Source: Azospirillum sp. (GTDB taxonomy: Bacteria > Pseudomonadota > Alphaproteobacteria > Azospirillales > Azospirillaceae). From it: a stretch of 40,000 nucleotides of DNA. This document shows positions 27,401 through 34,740 of this stretch, in pieces; the first letter of the stretch is position 1, and every line of letters starts with the position of its first letter. The translations under genes and the position numbers were made by a program. The stretch lies in the NCBI GenBank assembly GCA_016124535.1, contig WGNK01000003.1, positions 1 through 40,000 of the forward strand. The letters run 5' to 3'. The notes below the pieces were generated by a model. It saw nothing but the letters and a program-made list of their open reading frames with translations, had not been told where the DNA came from and did no database searches.

Positions 27401-29219
27401 CGAGCACGAGCACGCTTCGGCCGCGCTGGAGGCGGCCAAGCAAGAGGCGGAACGGGCCAATCAGGCGAAATCCCGGTTCCTCGCCGCCGCCAGCCACGAC
27501 CTGCGCCAGCCCCTGCAGGCCCTGGCGATGCTGACCGGGCTGCTTGCCCGCAAGGTCGCGGATGATCAGGGCGCGGCCAAACTGGTCGGCGGACTCGAGG
27601 AAACTCTGACCGGGATGACCGGCATTCTCAATACCCCGCTCGACATCCACCAGATCGAAGCCGGGGTGATGCGGGCCAAGCTGGTGGAATTTCCGATCAG
27701 CCGGCTGCTGGAACCTCTGCGGATCGAATTCGCCCACGACGCCCGGGCGCGCGGCCTGGAATGGCGGGTCGTGCCGTGCCACGGCAAGGTGCGCAGCGAT
27801 CCCGATCTTCTGGGCCAGATGATCCGCAACCTGCTGTCAAACGCCCTGAAATACACCCCGGCCGGCAAGGTTCTGTTGGGCTGCCGGCGTTGCGGCGGCG
27901 CGCTCAGGATCGAGGTTTGGGACACCGGTTCCGGAATCCCCCCGGAGGAACGCCTGGACATCTTCCGGGAGTTCCACCAGGTCGGGAACCCGGCACGCGA
28001 GCGGGGCCGCGGTCATGGTCTCGGCCTGGCGATCGTCGAGCGCCTGGGAAAGCTGCTCGATCACCCGCTCTCGCTGCGCTCGACTCCGGGCAAGGGCTCG
28101 GCCTTCGCGATCGCGGTACCGCTGGCGGCGGCCGAACCCCGGTCCCGCACCGACCCGGCGCCGTTGACGGCACCGTCCAGCGTCGCCGGCGGTCGGGTGC
28201 TGCTGGTGGTTGAAGACTATGCGCCGCTGCGCGAAAGCATGGCGTTGCTGCTGGAGGGCGAAGGCTTCCGCGTCATCACCGCCACCAGTGGTCAGCAGGC
28301 GCTCGACCTCGCTCTCCAGACCCCCCCGGATCTGGTCATCGCCGACTTTACCCTGCCCTTCGGCCTCTCCGGACCTCAACTGGTCGGCCGGCTTCGCCGG
28401 GTTCGCCCGAACGTGCCGGCGATCATTTTGACCGGCGATATCGCCGCGGAAGCATTGATCGAGAACACCGCCAAGACTTGCGGATTTCTCAAGAAACCGG
28501 TCAAGCCGGCGGAATTGATCCGGGAAATCGCCGATCAGTTCGACCGCACCCCACCACCCGCCGGGCCGGTCCCGCCCGATGCGCAGCCTCCGGCAGCGAC
28601 CGGGACCGCTAGCGACCCGGTCGCGACGGTGTTCCTGGTCGACGATGATGCAGCGGTCCGCGAGGCCATGGCAGCACAGCTGCGCGCCCATGGCCGACCG
28701 GCCGAGGCCTTTGCCGATTGCGAAGCCTTTCTGGGTTCGGTCGGTCCCGACTGCTCGGGCTGCCTGGTGGTGGATGCCTGCTTGCCCGGCATGGATGGCC
28801 TGACGTTGCTGGAACGACTGCGGGCGGATGGCTACCGGTTGCCGGCGATCATGATCACCGGTTACGGCGACGTCGGTCTGGCGGTGGACGCCATGAAAGC
28901 CGGTGCTGCCGACTTCATCGAAAAGCCGATGCGCATCGAAGATCTGCTGGACGCGATCGATCGCGCCCACACCCAGGCCCGCGGCGACCACGGCCGGACC
29001 TCCTGGCAGGCCGAGGCGAACGCCCGCATCGCCGCGCTGACCCCGCGACAGCGGCAGATTCTCGACCTGATCCTGGCCGGGTTGCCGAACAAGACGATTG
29101 CGGCGGATCTCCACCTCAGCCAACGCACGGTAGAAAACCACCGGGCGGTCATCATGCGCAAGAGCGGCGCGAAAACCCTGCCCGAACTGGTCCGCCTGGC
29201 GCTTGCCGCCGCGCATTGA
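24429..29219 (+). CDS. Multidomain sensor: CheB-type methylesterase, CheR-type methyltransferase, PAS/coiled-coil/PAS, HisKA-HATPase histidine kinase, REC, Pro-rich linker, then REC plus LuxR/FixJ-type HTH (1596 aa)
   Basis: Single uninterrupted ORF. CheB: GASAGG, IQHLDP, SGTGGDG. CheR: VWVPGCSTGEEAYSIAI. Coiled coil: NEEFQSTNEELETSKEELQSLNEEL. H-box SHDLRQPL (His codon 27495-27497). G-boxes DTGSGI and GHGLGLAI. REC1 Asp codon 28344-28346. REC2 DDD and the Asp codon at 28773-28775. HTH: LTPRQRQILDLILAGLPNKTIAADLHLSQRTVENHR. Confidence 0.9.
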   Translation: MTTQEEPATASPVADQHREGDGFPVVCLGASAGGLEAFRQFFGAMPPGNGMAFVLIQHLDPHHNSMMAELLAGSTAMPVAQAVDGMALSPGHLYVIPPGVYLSIRDHGKLRLSEPHDPHGARMPLDHFLRSLASECRERAVCCILSGTGGDGSLGLKAVKERGGLVIAQDPDEATFNGMPRSAMMTGCVDLVLPVAQMPMALVSYSRQGYLRSAAGETPAIRDTPGAEPPAAGDLSEFVALLRERTVFDFSLYKQGTLRRRIERRMAMVASPDSHSYLEVLRQNDAEVQLLAKDLLINVTHFFRDPATFAVLEQTVIPQLVQRAAPGQSLRVWVPGCSTGEEAYSIAILYLEAIAAARKAVKLQILASDIDAEAIAVGRDGLYPEAIAADVSPARLARHFVKEDHCYRVLPELRGLVVFTVHDLLTDPPFSRMDLVSCRNVLIYLGAEAQKKILLLFHFALRESGFLLLGSSETVGNLEDRFQAIDKKQRIYRQIGHCRAAEVDFPLGFGEASRGLTLFSRLPPTAKPTSPGEIARRVLLASYAPASVLITRNFECVYYLGATDRYLRVAEGEPSRDLLAMVRDGLRAKLRAAVQRAAEGPARVDIANVPVRHADGAVAVTISVQPIQAEGAELFLVSFIDEAVPETRPPVKDPSRGRSSRPTAQGSAGDGDRVAELERDLEVTRVALKDAARSLEIANEEQRAFSEEAMSVNEEFQSTNEELETSKEELQSLNEELTALNSQLQEMVEQQRATANDLQNVLNSSDVATVFLDNQLNIRFFTPAAKALFGIIATDIGRPLSDLARRFDDPLLLDDAGAVRSNLVPRCRDVRTEAGAWYIRRVLPYRTDDNRIQGVVMTFADISVIKAAQQEADRERACSGRIIDTVRQPLVVLDRELRVVSASMAFYRFFHCEAAGTVGRRLDLLVQAPKNAAVLAGFLDKIASGAGVVEDVHVEVVVPQRGPRRLILTGREILDEPGGQRKYLLAIDDTTEHEHASAALEAAKQEAERANQAKSRFLAAASHDLRQPLQALAMLTGLLARKVADDQGAAKLVGGLEETLTGMTGILNTPLDIHQIEAGVMRAKLVEFPISRLLEPLRIEFAHDARARGLEWRVVPCHGKVRSDPDLLGQMIRNLLSNALKYTPAGKVLLGCRRCGGALRIEVWDTGSGIPPEERLDIFREFHQVGNPARERGRGHGLGLAIVERLGKLLDHPLSLRSTPGKGSAFAIAVPLAAAEPRSRTDPAPLTAPSSVAGGRVLLVVEDYAPLRESMALLLEGEGFRVITATSGQQALDLALQTPPDLVIADFTLPFGLSGPQLVGRLRRVRPNVPAIILTGDIAAEALIENTAKTCGFLKKPVKPAELIREIADQFDRTPPPAGPVPPDAQPPAATGTASDPVATVFLVDDDAAVREAMAAQLRAHGRPAEAFADCEAFLGSVGPDCSGCLVVDACLPGMDGLTLLERLRADGYRLPAIMITGYGDVGLAVDAMKAGAADFIEKPMRIEDLLDAIDRAHTQARGDHGRTSWQAEANARIAALTPRQRQILDLILAGLPNKTIAADLHLSQRTVENHRAVIMRKSGAKTLPELVRLALAAAH

Positions 29220-29248
29220 CCCAGTCGGGACAATTGCCAAATTTATCA

Positions 29249-29275
29249 CCGGACCTGTAAATGCCACAGGTCCGG
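29249..29275 (+). terminator. Perfect 10-bp stem hairpin CCGGACCTGT-AAATGCC-ACAGGTCCGG downstream of the 1596-aa gene
   Basis: Read directly. Begins 30 nt after the stop. Followed by GTCCATATATTG, with no clean T-run. Confidence 0.5.
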
Positions 29276-29474
29276 GTCCATATATTGCAAACGATCCTCC
29301 GTGATAAACCTCATAATGCGCCTGAAATTTCCAGATAGTCCGGTGCTGTGGGGCAGTTAAAATGAGACAAGATCGGAATCATCTTCAGTAACGCCGAATT
29401 CATGGGTCGGAACCCTCGAATGCGACTGGTGGGTGATCCGGAAATAGATCGACTGCGGGCAGAGGGACGGCCGA

Positions 29475-29705
29475 ATGGACCAGAAAGACATTTTCGACGC
29501 CGGCTATCGCGCTTATGAAGACGGCAATGCTGAACGTGATTTCAATCCGGGTTCGGTTACCTGGACCGAGGGCGACGGGCCGCTCGCCGCAACCTGGCGC
29601 GCCGGCTGGCGCCGGGCACGCGAGGACAGCGTCCTGCTCCGCTACGGCGCCAAGCGGGCACGGCGCGGCCAGCCGAACCGGCCCACCGGCGACCTTCGCG
29701 CTTAA
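29475..29705 (+). CDS. Small basic protein (76 aa) with an Rmf/CrpP-like motif pattern
   Basis: AGYRAYEDG...NP(x13)WRAGWRRAR parallels E. coli Rmf as I recall it: RGYQAGIAGRSKEMCPY...WLGGWREA. GAGGGA lies 8 nt upstream of the ATG, and a canonical terminator follows 45 nt downstream. Functional assignment is tentative. Confidence 0.5.
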   Translation: MDQKDIFDAGYRAYEDGNAERDFNPGSVTWTEGDGPLAATWRAGWRRAREDSVLLRYGAKRARRGQPNRPTGDLRA

Positions 29706-29749
29706 CCGGGCTCGCGCCGACGGGGTGGTGATCATTATTTTGCCCCGCA

Positions 29750-29773
29750 AGCCCCTGAAAGGGGCTGATTTTT
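29750..29773 (+). terminator. Rho-independent terminator
   Basis: AGCCCCT-GAA-AGGGGCT stem-loop followed by GATTTTT. Confidence 0.65.
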
Positions 29774-30035
29774 GACGGTTGATCGCCAAACGGCTCCTGC
29801 CCAGGAATGGGGCTTTTCGAGCAAAGATCGGCAAGAAGCGAGAAAACTTTGGGTCGGAATGAGCAAATTCGGCGCGTTTTTGCAATCATCTGCACCACCC
29901 GCCGCGAAGCTTGCCCCCGATTGCCGAGGCAGCGATAATCCCGATTGTGGCCGCGATGACAACCGGGAAACGCCCGCAACCGGGCCGCACCGGTTCAGCC
30001 GCTTTCAGACAAGCCGCGCGCCACCGGCAAAGCGG

Positions 30036-30650
30036 TCAGGCGAAGGGCGCCTTCTGCTCCGGCCGGAACAGCCGTGCCGCAGTCCTCAGGGTGGCGAAGC
30101 CGTGGCGGCTGTCGGCCGCCAGCTTCAGCAATGCCGGCAGGTGATAGGGCGCATTGAGCAGCGCCAGGGCCACCGCCAGGGGGCGGGTCTCGCCCTCGGG
30201 GCCGAGCCCGACCAGAGCCGGCGGCGGCAAGGCCCGCGCGGCCGGGTCGGCGATCGCGCGCACCACCACGAAGGGCAGGCCATGGCGCGCCGCGACCGCG
30301 GCAACGGCATGGCTTTCCATATCCACCGCCACGGCGCCGCTGGCGGCGTAGAGCGCCTGCTTGGCCAAAGCCGTGGTAAGGGCATGGTCGCTGCCGGCAA
30401 TTTTTCCATGCCTCAAGGCAAGGCCAAGACGTGCCGCGGCTTCGGTCAGCAGCCGGATCACCCCGGCGTCGGCGCTGCGGTCCCCGCCATCGGCGGTGAC
30501 GACTGCCGTGGCCAGAACCAGGTCGCCCGGTCGCAACCCGGCATCCAGCCCGCCGGCCAGTCCAAAACTGGCCAGGCAGGTCGCTCCGCGTCCGGCCAAT
30601 CGGTCGGCACCGGCGGCGGCGCGTTCGGAAACGGCGCCGGAGCACACCAC
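30036..30650 (-). CDS. PNP_UDP_1 phosphorylase-superfamily protein, HpnG-like (hopanoid-associated phosphorylase type). The true N-terminus probably extends to 30725 (CTG).
   Basis: 204 aa from the GTG at 30650. SFGLAGGLD, AVDMESHAVA and PF.V.RAI.DPA...LPP are HpnG/nucleosidase-like. The in-frame upstream sequence encodes FGFVTGLRDEARCL (fold strand 1) with no ATG/GTG/TTG available; see findings. Confidence 0.75.
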   Translation of the reverse strand: MVCSGAVSERAAAGADRLAGRGATCLASFGLAGGLDAGLRPGDLVLATAVVTADGGDRSADAGVIRLLTEAAARLGLALRHGKIAGSDHALTTALAKQALYAASGAVAVDMESHAVAAVAARHGLPFVVVRAIADPAARALPPPALVGLGPEGETRPLAVALALLNAPYHLPALLKLAADSRHGFATLRTAARLFRPEQKAPFA

Positions 30651-30721
30651 CAGCTCCGGTTCAGCGATGCCGTCAAGACAGCGCGCCTCGTCGCGGAGAC
30701 CTGTTACGAAGCCGAAACGAG

Positions 30722-31654
30722 TCAGGAACTGCGCCCTCCGGCCATCGGTGCAAGCGAATTCGCCTCGATGAACACCTGCTTGACCTCGGGATGGCGTTCG
30801 CGAAGCAGGCGATCGAGTTCGACCACCGCGGTCTCGATCGCCCCGGTGCCCAGGTTGTCGCGGAAATCGACCGCTATGCCGAGTACCACATCATGGGGCC
30901 CCATATGCATGCTGTGCAGAGTCCCGACCCGTTCCACTGCGGCATGTCCGGCGATCGTCGCCTTGACCGCCGCCTGCGCCTCGGCGGCCAGGCTCTCGCC
31001 GATCAGCAATCCCTTGCACTCGATTGCCAAGACCAGCGCGACCCCGGCCAGGATCACGCCGATGATCATGGCCGCAATCGCATCGAAGATCGGCATTTGA
31101 AAGAATTGGCCGAGCGAAATGCCGATCAACGCCACCACCAGCCCAAGCAGGGCGGCGCTGTCCTCGAACAGCACGGTCATGACGGTCGGGTCCTTGGTCC
31201 GTCGGATCGTCTGGAACAGCGTGGCACTGCCCTGCTGCTTGCGGAACTCCTGAAACGCAACCCACCATGAACCGGCCTCGAACAGGATCGCCAGCCCGAG
31301 CACGAGGTAATTGACCAGCGGGTCGTGCATCGGTTCGGCATGGCCGAGCGACACCCAGCCTTCATAGAACGAGATACCGCCACCCAGCGCGAACACCAGG
31401 ATCGCGACCACGAAGGTCCAGAAATAGAGCTCCTTGCCGTAACCGAACGGATGGCGCTGGTCGGCCGGCCGCGCTGCCTGGGCCAGGCCGTGGAGCAGCA
31501 GCAGCTGGTTGGCGATATCGACCGAGCTATGGAACGCCTCGCTCAGCATGGCGGCACTGCCGGTCCAGCCTGCCGCGGCAAATTTTGTGATCGCGATCAA
31601 GGTATTGCCGGCACAGGCGGCATAGATCGCGCGTTTCGAGGAATGAGCGGACAC
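30722..31654 (-). CDS. Cation diffusion facilitator (CDF) family divalent-metal efflux transporter
   Basis: 310 aa with a GTG start and SD GGGAGG. AGNTLIAITKF, EAFHSSVDIANQ and RHPFGYGKELYFW precede six TM-like segments and a C-terminal cytoplasmic domain. Confidence 0.88.
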   Translation of the reverse strand: MSAHSSKRAIYAACAGNTLIAITKFAAAGWTGSAAMLSEAFHSSVDIANQLLLLHGLAQAARPADQRHPFGYGKELYFWTFVVAILVFALGGGISFYEGWVSLGHAEPMHDPLVNYLVLGLAILFEAGSWWVAFQEFRKQQGSATLFQTIRRTKDPTVMTVLFEDSAALLGLVVALIGISLGQFFQMPIFDAIAAMIIGVILAGVALVLAIECKGLLIGESLAAEAQAAVKATIAGHAAVERVGTLHSMHMGPHDVVLGIAVDFRDNLGTGAIETAVVELDRLLRERHPEVKQVFIEANSLAPMAGGRSS

Positions 31655-31735
31655 CAGAGCCTCCCGCCGACAGATCGGATGAACGGCTTGTAACCTTTCT
31701 TTTGCGTGTCGCCAACCACCCGTGGCACGACGGCC

Positions 31736-32521
31736 CTACCGCTCCGGCCGAAACAGGCTTGGATGGCTGCCGCACAACGGGCAGTCCGGGTCCTTGGCCA
31801 CCGCAAGCTTGCGGAACTCCATCGACAGGGCATCGAGCAGCACGAGATGACCGGACAAGCCGGCGCCGATCCCGAGAAGCTCCTTGATCACTTCGACCGC
31901 CTGGAGCGAGCCGACTGCGCCGGCCAGCGCCCCGAGCACTCCGCCCTCCGAGCAGGACGGCACCAGACCCCGCGGCGGCGGCTCGGGAAAGATGCAGCGG
32001 TAGCAGGGATGGCTCGCGCCCCGATGGGCCTTGAAGGTCGCAAGTTGGCCGTCGAAACGTAGAATCGCGGCCGAAACCAATGTCTTGCCGGCGAAAAAGC
32101 AGGCGTCGTTCAACAGATAGCGGGTGGCGAAGTTATCGCTGCCGTCGGCGATCACGTCATACCCTTCGATCAGGGCGGCGACGTTGTCGGCACCGAGGCG
32201 AAGCCGGTGCGCCTCGACCGTGACATCCGGATTGATCGCGGCGATCCGGCGCGCCGCACTCTCGACCTTGGGCTGGCCGAGGGTGCTGCCGTCATGGATG
32301 ACCTGACGCTGCAGGTTGGACAGATCGACCGCGTCGTCGTCGACCACGCCCAACGCGCCGACTCCGGCCGCCGCCAGGTAGAGCAGCAACGGCGCACCCA
32401 GCCCGCCGGCGCCGACCACCAGCACCCGCGCCCGCAACAATTGCGCCTGCCCGACACCGCCGACCTCGGGCAGGATGATGTGACGGGCGTAGCGCTGGAT
32501 CTGGGTCTCGGTGAAATCCAT
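31736..32521 (-). CDS. moeB: HesA/MoeB/ThiF-family adenylyltransferase (MoeB-like)
   Basis: About 261 aa. RYARHIILPEVG..GQ..L, VVGAGGLG, DLSNLQRQ, and two CxxC pairs (CYRC, CPLC). The ATG at 32521 sits one codon inside the GTG at 32524. Confidence 0.8.
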   Translation of the reverse strand: MDFTETQIQRYARHIILPEVGGVGQAQLLRARVLVVGAGGLGAPLLLYLAAAGVGALGVVDDDAVDLSNLQRQVIHDGSTLGQPKVESAARRIAAINPDVTVEAHRLRLGADNVAALIEGYDVIADGSDNFATRYLLNDACFFAGKTLVSAAILRFDGQLATFKAHRGASHPCYRCIFPEPPPRGLVPSCSEGGVLGALAGAVGSLQAVEVIKELLGIGAGLSGHLVLLDALSMEFRKLAVAKDPDCPLCGSHPSLFRPER

Positions 32522-32591
32522 CACTCAACCGCCATCACAAATTTCGAATCACCGGGTCGAGGCGCCTGGCCGTTCCGGGGGGGTGCCAGCG

Positions 32592-34580
32592 CTACTCGGC
32601 GCCGTCTTCGTCTTCCGCCTCGCCGCTGCCCAGATGCTGGGTCAGTCTGGCGAGCAGGGCGGGCAGCCGGGCGGGCTTGCGCTGGATATCGGTGGCTTCG
32701 CGGACATAGACCGCGTCGGGTTCGTTGTCGGGGTCGCGGCCGGTGACCACGATGATCGGGATCTGGGCGGTGCGCGAGCGCAAGGCACGGATCAACTGGT
32801 TGCCGTCACCACCGGTCATGGTGATGTCGGTGATCACGGCGTCCGCACCGTCGTCGAGGAAACGCGCCATCGCCTGGGCGCCGTTGCGCGCGGTGGTGAT
32901 TCGGAAACCGCGCCGCCGGAGAAAGCCCGCGATCATCCGGCAACACGTCTCGTCATCATCGACCACCAGGACATGGCGGCCGCGACCGCGCGCCTGGCCC
33001 CTGGCCGCGACCGCCGGTTGCTGCTGCAGCGGCGGCGGCGATGCCGAAGCCGGCTCGGTCGCCGCCGGGACCACCGGCAGCACGATATCGATGCAGGCGC
33101 CGCGCTCGACCGCGGCGACCTCCAGCCGACCGCCCATCTCGGCGACGATGCCGAGGCAGATCGACAGCCCGAGCCCGGTGCCCTTGCCCGCCGCCTTGGT
33201 GGTGAAAAAGGGATCGAACATGCGCTCGCGGACATGGGCCGGAATGCCGGGGCCGTCGTCCTCGAGCCGGACCGTCACCGTGCCGGCCGCCTTGTCCTCG
33301 TCGAGCCCGACCGAGATCGTGCCCATCGATCCGAAGATCGAACGCCCTTCGCTGCCGACGATCGCGTCGATCGCGTTGGTCAGCAGATTGATGATGACCT
33401 GCTCGAAGCGTCCGGGATGGCCCATCACCGTGGACCCGGAATCCGGCAACAAGGTGCGCAGGCAGATCCCGGCGCGCTCGATCTGGTGGTTGGTCATCAT
33501 GATCGCCGACCGGATCGAGGCGACCGGATCGAACGGCGTGCTGGTCTCGGTATCGCGGCGGCCGAAGCGGCGAACATAGCTGATGATGGTGTTGATCCGG
33601 TCGGCCTGTTCGATGATCGCCGAGAACTGCCGGCGCACCCGGTCAATATCGCTGTCGCCCTGATCGAGATGGTCGAGCCCGCCTTCCGCCATCAGGCGAA
33701 TGACGTAAAGCGGCTGGCTGATCTCGTGCGCCAGACCCGCCGCCAGTTCTCCCAGCAGCGACAGCTTGGAAACATGGGCGATCCGGCTTTCCAACTCGCG
33801 GCGGGCGGTGACGTCCTGGGTCACACCGAAGAACAGCGCCGGCCGGCCGTCGGCGTCGTTCTGAACGCTGCCCTCGGTGATCAGATGGCGCACCGCGCCG
33901 TCGGGCTTGCGGATGCGGTACTCCACCACCGGGGCGGAAACCCGCACCGCCTCGGCGACCCGCTCCCGATCATCGGCGTGGACGGTCGCCAGGACATTGT
34001 GCAGGGTCGGCTGGAACGCCGCCGGCGACCGGCCCCAGATTTCGAAAAGCGAATCCGACCACGTCATTTCGCCGGTCGTCAGGTCCTGCTCGAAATGGCC
34101 GATTCGGCCGATTCGCTGGGCCTGGCGCAGCTTGGTCTCGGCGGCGCGCAGATCGGTGACATCGCGCGCCACCGCGATCACGCCGACCACGCCACCCGCG
34201 GCGTCGCGCCAGGGCGCCTTGATCGTTTCGAAGTCGCGCATTTGCCCGCCGGGCGTGCTCAGGCGGACGAGAAACCGCTCGACACCGCCGTTTGCGATCA
34301 CGCGAGCATCGTAATCGGCCAGCAGCCGGGCATCCTCGGTCGGGTAGATCTCGGTGTCGCGCTTGCCGATCACCGCCGCCTTGGTCCGGCCCATGGCGGC
34401 GGCCATCGCCTGGTTGATTTCGAGATAGACGCCGTTGCAGTCCTTGATCGCGACGCAATCGGGCACCGCGTCGAGCACGGTGTCGAGCAGGGTGCCCGGC
34501 CGGTCAAGGCCGGAGACTGCCGGGACCGGTAGACATCCGGGCTCGAGGTCGACGATCCCGGTCGGGTCTGCCTTCGCCAT
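32592..34580 (-). CDS. PAS-domain hybrid sensor histidine kinase (PAS-PAS-PAS/HisKA-HATPase-REC)
   Basis: 662 aa. H-box AGLAHEISQPL. N/G boxes NLLTNAIDA, DDGPGI and GTGLGLSI. C-terminal REC VLVVDDDE...VITDITM... Confidence 0.88.
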   Translation of the reverse strand: MAKADPTGIVDLEPGCLPVPAVSGLDRPGTLLDTVLDAVPDCVAIKDCNGVYLEINQAMAAAMGRTKAAVIGKRDTEIYPTEDARLLADYDARVIANGGVERFLVRLSTPGGQMRDFETIKAPWRDAAGGVVGVIAVARDVTDLRAAETKLRQAQRIGRIGHFEQDLTTGEMTWSDSLFEIWGRSPAAFQPTLHNVLATVHADDRERVAEAVRVSAPVVEYRIRKPDGAVRHLITEGSVQNDADGRPALFFGVTQDVTARRELESRIAHVSKLSLLGELAAGLAHEISQPLYVIRLMAEGGLDHLDQGDSDIDRVRRQFSAIIEQADRINTIISYVRRFGRRDTETSTPFDPVASIRSAIMMTNHQIERAGICLRTLLPDSGSTVMGHPGRFEQVIINLLTNAIDAIVGSEGRSIFGSMGTISVGLDEDKAAGTVTVRLEDDGPGIPAHVRERMFDPFFTTKAAGKGTGLGLSICLGIVAEMGGRLEVAAVERGACIDIVLPVVPAATEPASASPPPLQQQPAVAARGQARGRGRHVLVVDDDETCCRMIAGFLRRRGFRITTARNGAQAMARFLDDGADAVITDITMTGGDGNQLIRALRSRTAQIPIIVVTGRDPDNEPDAVYVREATDIQRKPARLPALLARLTQHLGSGEAEDEDGAE

Positions 34581-34740
34581 CGATCAACGCCTCTCGCGCT
34601 TGCGCAGACTGGCTTGCGGTTTCGATGACGGCGACCCTACCAAAGTCTGGACCAGCCCATCCTCGCAGCCACGGGACAGTAGCCCCGCCGCCGGCTGAGG
34701 TAAATCGCTTTCGCCCCCGCCGGTCTGCCGGCCCGGACGT

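Noticed and set aside
29400-31100. ORFs 29400..29885 (-), 29557..29979 (-) and 29772..31100 (+) spanning the islet and the hpnG/CDF genes
   Set aside because: They run through a strong plus-strand terminator or lie antisense to the HpnG-like and CDF genes. Their translations are low-complexity. The small plus-strand ORF with its own SD and terminator explains the region better.
31655-31735. Possible metal (NiCo/czcD-type) riboswitch in the 81-nt leader of the CDF transporter, or a Moco riboswitch upstream of moeB (32525-32591)
   Set aside because: I could not identify the conserved helices or motifs of either class by eye, and the spacers are short. This would need an Infernal/Rfam scan, so no claim is made.
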